NCBI GenBank assembly: GCA_040905565.1
Contig: JBBDRF010000006.1
Coordinates: 11,019 to 21,487 of the forward strand
DNA: 10,469 nucleotides
DNA from: Phycisphaeraceae bacterium
Lineage (GTDB): Bacteria; Planctomycetota; Phycisphaerae; Phycisphaerales; Zrk34
Direction of reading: 5' to 3'
The position numbers and the translations under genes are program-made. Below, in pieces: positions 5,531 through 10,469 of the stretch; the first letter of the stretch is position 1; the number at the start of each line of letters is the position of its first letter. Under the pieces are notes generated by a model, which saw nothing but the letters and a program-made list of their open reading frames with translations, was not told where the DNA came from and did not search any database.

Positions 5531-6670
5531 CTACCCCTCGATATAGCCCACCAGCAGCAATAGTCCCACGCCTAGCGCGAGGGCGATGCGGTAGTAGCCG
5601 AAGATGGCGATGGAGTAGCGGTCGAGGTAGCTGACCATCCACTTCACGGCCGCGGCCGCGGCGATGGCCGTAACGATCAGCCCCACCAGCAGCACGTGCC
5701 AGCCGTAGACGGTGAACATCTCGAAGCCGTTCTGCCAACCTTCGTAAACGCCCGCTGCGGTGAGCGTGATGACGCCCAGCAGGAAGCTGAACTCCACCGA
5801 AGCCCGCATGCTCATGCCCACCAGCAAACACCCAAGGATCGCAGCAAGCGCCCGGCTCGTCCCCGGCACCAGGGCCAAGCACTGAATCAACCCGATGATC
5901 AACGCCATCCGCCAAGTCACATCATCCACCCCCCCACCCCCCCCACCAGTTCCCGCATCAGTTCCCGCATCAGCCTCTCCACCAGCCCCCGCAGCAGTTT
6001 CGGCAGTGCGTCGGCTGTGCCACCGGGCGACCCATATGATCACCAGGCCGCCTAGGAACCACGTCACCACGCTCGGCCCCAGCCCGAACATCGCCATGAT
6101 CGGCTCGTAAAACAGCAAAGCGGCAAACATGCTCGGCAAGAACGCCAGCACAATGTTCACGCCCAGCTTCAGGCCCTGCGCATCACGCCCCAGCAGCCCC
6201 ATCCCGATCTGCCGGGTGCGTCGAAAATACAGCCCAAGAATCGCCAGCACTGCCCCCGCCTGGATGCAGACCGCGAACGCGTCCGCTGCCGGCCCCGCCG
6301 GGATTCCCATCGCCCGCTGCACCAGCAGAATGTGCCCCGTCGAACTGATCGGCAAAAACTCCGTCACCCCCTGCACCACGCTGATCACCACCACCTGCGG
6401 CAGCGTCATCGCCGACTCCCCCCCCACGCTTGCCCCCTCGACACCCCCTGCATCCGCAGCCTCCGCCGCCGTCACCGGTTCAACCGCCTGCACAGGCCCG
6501 CTCTCGAGCATCGCCCCAACGCCCACCACCGCGGCCACGAACAGAAGTGCCACGACGAACCCCACCTCCGGCCGCGTCAGCCAGTCACGCCAACCGCGAG
6601 TCCCACCCTTCGCCTCCGTTTCAGAGGACGCCTCCGTTTCGCCCCGCGGTCCCGCCAACTGCTGCCTCAT
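5531..6670 (-). CDS. uppP: Undecaprenyl-diphosphate phosphatase (BacA family) with 87-aa N-terminal extension (379 aa)
   Basis: BacA motif 1 QGVTEFLPISSTGH (6332-6373), IQAGAVLA, motif 2 variant PGTSRALAA (5840-5866), EFSFLL and C-terminal FGYYR; multiple hydrophobic helices. AGGAG lies 6 nt before ATG 6670. The canonical core begins at ATG 6409, which also has a GGGAG upstream. Confidence 0.93.
   Translation of the reverse strand: MRQQLAGPRGETEASSETEAKGGTRGWRDWLTRPEVGFVVALLFVAAVVGVGAMLESGPVQAVEPVTAAEAADAGGVEGASVGGESAMTLPQVVVISVVQGVTEFLPISSTGHILLVQRAMGIPAGPAADAFAVCIQAGAVLAILGLYFRRTRQIGMGLLGRDAQGLKLGVNIVLAFLPSMFAALLFYEPIMAMFGLGPSVVTWFLGGLVIIWVARWHSRRTAETAAGAGGEADAGTDAGTGGGGGGVDDVTWRMALIIGLIQCLALVPGTSRALAAILGCLLVGMSMRASVEFSFLLGVITLTAAGVYEGWQNGFEMFTVYGWHVLLVGLIVTAIAAAAAVKWMVSYLDRYSIAIFGYYRIALALGVGLLLLVGYIEG
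5926..5973 (+). repeat. Homopolymer runs C7 (5929-5935) and C8 (5937-5944), plus 12-bp tandem repeat CAGTTCCCGCAT x2 (5947-5970), inside uppP
   Basis: Read directly from the sequence; encodes DAGTDAGTGGGGGGV on the minus strand. Confidence 0.85.
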
Positions 6671-6776
6671 CTCACACTCCTGAATGCCGCTTCCTGTTCC
6701 GTCCCCAAGCATAGCCGCTTATGCCGCCGTCGTGCGGTTGGAGTCGCGCTAAGCGCGCATCGCCCTCACAACCGTC

Positions 6777-6794
6777 CATCCGGATAAACGGATG
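6777..6794. promoter_or_regulatory. Inverted repeat CATCCG-N6-CGGATG upstream of metH; candidate operator
   Basis: Perfect 6-bp arms with GATAAA spacer, about 10 bp upstream of the candidate -35 of metH. Confidence 0.45.
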
Positions 6795-6803
6795 CTCTTT
6801 TGC

Positions 6804-6831
6804 TCGACCCGCACCGCTGAGGCGGTACAAT
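6804..6831 (+). promoter_or_regulatory. Candidate sigma70-type promoter of metH: -35 TCGACC (6804-6809), 16-bp spacer, -10 TACAAT (6826-6831)
   Basis: The -10 matches TATAAT at 5/6 and the -35 matches TTGACA at 4/6; it ends 57 nt before the GTG start. Confidence 0.45.
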
Positions 6832-6888
6832 GCAGTTCAGATCGACCGGTTCGATCGTCCAGTTGACCTCATCACAGGAAATCCCACC

Positions 6889-9800
6889 GTGGCCCAAAGC
6901 CCCAAGTTCCTGCAACAGCTTCAAAAACGCGTCCTGCTGCTCGACGGCGGCATGGGCACCAGCATCCACTCAGCCAACCTCGACCTCGAGCGCGACTACC
7001 TCGGTCAGGAAAACTGCAGTGAGATCCTTGTCCTCACCCGCCCCGACGCGATTCAGCAGATCCACGAATCGTTCCTGGCCGTCGGCTGCGATGCGGTCGA
7101 AACCGACACCTTCGGGGCCATGCCTCACGTGCTCTGCGAGTTCGGGCTGCAGGACCGCACCGTTGAGATCAACGAGAAGGCCGTCGCCTGCGCCCGCGCT
7201 GCGTGTGATGTTCATGCGACCGACGCCCAGCCGCGCTACGTCGTCGGCTCCATCGGCCCGGGCACCCGCCTCATCACGCTCGGCCAGATCACGTGGGCCG
7301 ACATGCTCGAAAGCTACAAGCAGCAGGTCCGAGGCATGCTCAAAGCCGGGGCCGACGGTCAGGGCCGCTGGCGCGCTGCGGACATGCTGCTGATCGAGAC
7401 GGCTCAGGACCTGCTTCAGTGCAAGTGTGCCGTGAACGCCTGTGTCGAGGTTCAGCGGGAGATGGGCTTGTGGGATTCGCCCGACCGCGTCCCCATCTGG
7501 GTGCAGGTCACCATCGAAACCACCGGCACCATGCTGATGGGCACCGAGATCTCCGCCGCCATCGTCGCCCTGGCGGAACTGCCCGTCGACGGCCTGGGCA
7601 TGAACTGCGCCACCGGCCCGAAAGAGATGACCGAGCACGTCCGCACCCTCAATCAGCTCTGGCCCGGTTACATCTCCGTGCTGCCGAACGCCGGTCTGCC
7701 CGTGATGGTGGAAGGCGAAACCGTCTTCCCGCTGCAGCCCGAGCCGTTCGCCCAATCGATCAAGCCCTTCGTCGCAGAGCTCGGCGTCAACCTCGTCGGC
7801 GGCTGCTGCGGCACCACCCCCGAACACCTCGCAGCCGTGAAGAAAATCATCGGCGACCAGCCCCCCGTCGCCCGCCAACCCGAACTCCCCGTCGCCTGCA
7901 CCAGCCTGTATTCCACCGTCGATCTCAAGCAGGATACCTCCATTCTGATGGTCGGCGAGCGCACCAACGCCAACGGCTCCCGCAAGTTCAAAAACATGCT
8001 TGCTGAGGACGACTGGGACGGCCTGGTCAGCTGGGCGCGAGAAGAAGTGCGAGGCGGCGCGCACGTCCTCGATGTCTGTGTCGACTACGTCGGCCGTGAC
8101 GGCGTGAAGGATATGCACGAAGTCGTCAGCCGATACGTTCAGCAGATTCAGGTTCCCCTGATGCTCGATTCGACGGAGAAGGACGTCCTCGAAGCCGGCC
8201 TCAAGCTCGCAGCCGGCAAGTGCATCGTGAACTCGATCAACCTGGAAGACGGCGAGCAGCGCTTCAAAGATGTCTGCCCGATGCTCCACCGTTACGGCGC
8301 TGCGGTCGTCGCGCTGACCATCGATGAAGACCCCGTCGCGGGCATGGCGAAAACCGCCGACCGTAAGCTCGAAATCGCCAAGCGCATTCACAAGCTCTGC
8401 ACCGAAGAGTACGGCATCAAAGAGGAGAACATCCTCTTCGATCCGCTCACCTTCACCATCTGCACCGGCACCGAAGACGACCGCCGGCTGGGCCTGGAGA
8501 CGCTCGACGGCATCGAAGCCATCGCCCGCGAACTGCCGAAGTGCGGCATCATCCTCGGCCTTTCCAACATCAGCTTCGGCCTCCGCCCCGCTGCCCGGCA
8601 GGTGCTCAACAGCGCCTACCTGCACGAAGCGCAGGAGCGCGGCCTGACCGCGGCCATCGTCCACGCCTCGAAGATCCTCCCGCAACACAAGATCGACCCC
8701 GAACACTGGGAAGCGGCCCTCGATCTCATCTACGATCGCCGGGACAACGCGCGTAACGCCGACGCCGAAGGCGACGCGCTCATCCACTTCATCAGCCTGT
8801 TCCCCGAAGGCGAAGATGCTGCGCCCAAGGTCGCGGACGAAAACCTGACGCTCGAAGAAATTCTCGCCAACCACATCATCGACGGCGAAAAACGCGATCT
8901 CGAAAAGCACCTCGACCAGGCGCTCGAAGAACACGACGCGCTCGAGATCATCAACACCCATCTGCTCGGCGGCATGAAGGTCGTCGGCGAACTCTTCGGC
9001 AGCGGAAAAATGCAACTGCCCTTCGTGCTGCAAAGTGCGGAGGTCATGAAGAAAGCCGTCGCGCATCTCGAGCCGCACATGGAGAAAACCGACGGCCGAA
9101 GCAAGGCCCGTCTTGTGCTTGCGACCGTCAAGGGCGACGTCCACGACATCGGCAAAAACCTCGTCGACATCATCCTCACCAACAACGGCTACGAGGTCGT
9201 GAACCTCGGCATCAAGCAGCCGCTGACCGCCATCATGGAAGCGGCCACCAAGCACGATGCCGACGCCATCGGCATGAGCGGGCTGCTCGTCAAGAGCGTG
9301 GCCGTGATGCGCGAAAATCTGCAGGAGATGCGCAATCAGGGCATGAAGCTGCCCACGCTCGTCGGCGGGGCCGCCCTTAACCGCCACTACGCCGACACCG
9401 AACTGCGCTCAACCTACGCAGGCCCGCTCTACTTCGGCCGCGACGCTTTCGAAGCCCTCTCGCTGATGGACCGCATCTCTTCCGGCGACTTCGACGCCAT
9501 CGAAGAAGAGATCGAAGCCCGCCTCGCCAAGCGTGCCGCGACCGACGAGAAGATCGCAGCCAGCAAAGCGAAGAAGAAGGAACTCGAAGGCGGCACCGCC
9601 GTCGCGGAGAAGCCCAGCCGTTCAGCCGTCGCCACGGATGTGAACGTCCCCGAGCCGCCGTTCTGGGGCGACCGCCTCGTCACCGACATCCCCCTCTCCG
9701 CCATCTATCCCTACGTCAACAAGGTCGCCCTCTACCGAGGCCAGTGGGGCTTCCGCAAAGGGGCGCTCAGCGATGCGGACTATCAGAAGATGATCGAGCA

Positions 9801-10440
9801 GGAAGTCGAGCCCGTTTACCGGGAACTCACCCAGCGCTGTCAGCAGGAGAAAATCCTCCAGCCCGGCGTCGTCTACGGCTACTTCCCAGTCAACAGCGAA
9901 GGTGACGACCTCGTCGTTTACGATCCGAAAGACCACGACCGCGAAATCGAACGCTTCCACTTCCCCCGGCAGGACGGCAAAAAACACCTCTGCATCAGCG
10001 ACTTCTTCAAGCCCGTCGACGCAGGCCAGAAAGACGTGCTCGGCGTCTCCTGCGTCACCATGGGCCAGGAAGTCAGCAAACGCGCCAAGGTGCTTTTCGA
10101 TACCGACCAGTACACCGACTACCTCTACATGCACGGCATCGGCGTGGAATCGGCCGAGGCGCTCGCTGAACTCTGGCACCAGCGCATGCGGCAGGAGATG
10201 GGCATTGACGGCGACGATTCGCCCGAGATCCGCAAGCTCTTCTCCCAGAACTATCGCGGCAGCCGTTACAGCTTCGGCTACCCCGCCTGCCCGGACATGA
10301 GCGATCAGGAAAAACTCTTCCGCCTGCTCAAACCCGACCGCATCGGCTGCGTGCTCACCGACAACTGGCAGATCGATCCCGAACAATCGACGAGTGCCAT
10401 CATCGTCCACCACCCTGAAGCGAAATACTTCAACGTGTGA
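6889..10440 (+). CDS. metH: Cobalamin-dependent methionine synthase (1183 aa)
   Basis: Homocysteine/Zn domain (LDGGMGT, GMNC, GGCCGT); pterin-binding domain (VGERTNANGS, NSINLEDGE, GLSNISFG); cap (GELFGSGKMQLPFVLQSAEVMK); B12-binding KGDVHDIGKN...SGLL; reactivation domain RYSFGYPACPD. GTG start at 6889 has AGGA (6876-6879) upstream. The ORF-track extension to 6721 is not MetH-like. Confidence 0.98.
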   Translation: MAQSPKFLQQLQKRVLLLDGGMGTSIHSANLDLERDYLGQENCSEILVLTRPDAIQQIHESFLAVGCDAVETDTFGAMPHVLCEFGLQDRTVEINEKAVACARAACDVHATDAQPRYVVGSIGPGTRLITLGQITWADMLESYKQQVRGMLKAGADGQGRWRAADMLLIETAQDLLQCKCAVNACVEVQREMGLWDSPDRVPIWVQVTIETTGTMLMGTEISAAIVALAELPVDGLGMNCATGPKEMTEHVRTLNQLWPGYISVLPNAGLPVMVEGETVFPLQPEPFAQSIKPFVAELGVNLVGGCCGTTPEHLAAVKKIIGDQPPVARQPELPVACTSLYSTVDLKQDTSILMVGERTNANGSRKFKNMLAEDDWDGLVSWAREEVRGGAHVLDVCVDYVGRDGVKDMHEVVSRYVQQIQVPLMLDSTEKDVLEAGLKLAAGKCIVNSINLEDGEQRFKDVCPMLHRYGAAVVALTIDEDPVAGMAKTADRKLEIAKRIHKLCTEEYGIKEENILFDPLTFTICTGTEDDRRLGLETLDGIEAIARELPKCGIILGLSNISFGLRPAARQVLNSAYLHEAQERGLTAAIVHASKILPQHKIDPEHWEAALDLIYDRRDNARNADAEGDALIHFISLFPEGEDAAPKVADENLTLEEILANHIIDGEKRDLEKHLDQALEEHDALEIINTHLLGGMKVVGELFGSGKMQLPFVLQSAEVMKKAVAHLEPHMEKTDGRSKARLVLATVKGDVHDIGKNLVDIILTNNGYEVVNLGIKQPLTAIMEAATKHDADAIGMSGLLVKSVAVMRENLQEMRNQGMKLPTLVGGAALNRHYADTELRSTYAGPLYFGRDAFEALSLMDRISSGDFDAIEEEIEARLAKRAATDEKIAASKAKKKELEGGTAVAEKPSRSAVATDVNVPEPPFWGDRLVTDIPLSAIYPYVNKVALYRGQWGFRKGALSDADYQKMIEQEVEPVYRELTQRCQQEKILQPGVVYGYFPVNSEGDDLVVYDPKDHDREIERFHFPRQDGKKHLCISDFFKPVDAGQKDVLGVSCVTMGQEVSKRAKVLFDTDQYTDYLYMHGIGVESAEALAELWHQRMRQEMGIDGDDSPEIRKLFSQNYRGSRYSFGYPACPDMSDQEKLFRLLKPDRIGCVLTDNWQIDPEQSTSAIIVHHPEAKYFNV

Positions 10441-10451
10441 CGCAAACCCCG

Positions 10452-10468
10452 GCGACGCGTAGCGTCGC
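10452..10468 (+). repeat. Hairpin GCGACGC-GTA-GCGTCGC just after the metH stop (terminator stem or REP-like; window ends)
   Basis: Perfect 7-bp stem with 3-nt loop, 11 nt after TGA; downstream context is not visible. Confidence 0.5.
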
Positions 10469-10469
10469 G

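Noticed and set aside
6721..6888. N-terminal extension of MetH in the ORF track, and a possible SAM, SAH or cobalamin riboswitch
   Set aside because: The extension spans the promoter and is not MetH-like. I could not find the conserved cores of SAM-I, SAH or B12-box riboswitches, and the leader from the candidate promoter is only ~50 nt. An Rfam scan would settle it.
6970..10413. 805-aa and 263-aa minus-strand ORFs antisense to metH
   Set aside because: Shadow frames of metH, explained by the scarcity of antisense stop codons in high-GC genes.

Overview
High-GC bacterial window with five protein-coding genes. The gene families suggest a PVC-superphylum genome, probably Planctomycetota (inference). 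In order: (-) a secreted tandem-SH3b protein carrying an unexpected ExbD/TolR-like domain between acidic linkers; (+) a stand-alone lipoprotein-type TolC/OEP outer-membrane channel; (-) a compositionally foreign, lower-GC solo P-loop ATPase (STAND/ORC-Cdc6-like NTPase, winged helix, C-terminal Zn-ribbon-like tail); (-) undecaprenyl-diphosphatase UppP/BacA with an N-terminal extension, a poly-G-encoded Gly loop and a non-canonical second motif; (+) B12-dependent methionine synthase MetH, divergent from uppP, with operator-like palindromes around its likely promoter. The intergenic gaps hold REP-like palindromes and C-GTA-G triloop hairpins. The best candidate for an undescribed system is the horizontally acquired solo ATPase, a possible anti-phage or conflict sensor. 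The SH3-ExbD-like fusion next to the orphan TolC is second.
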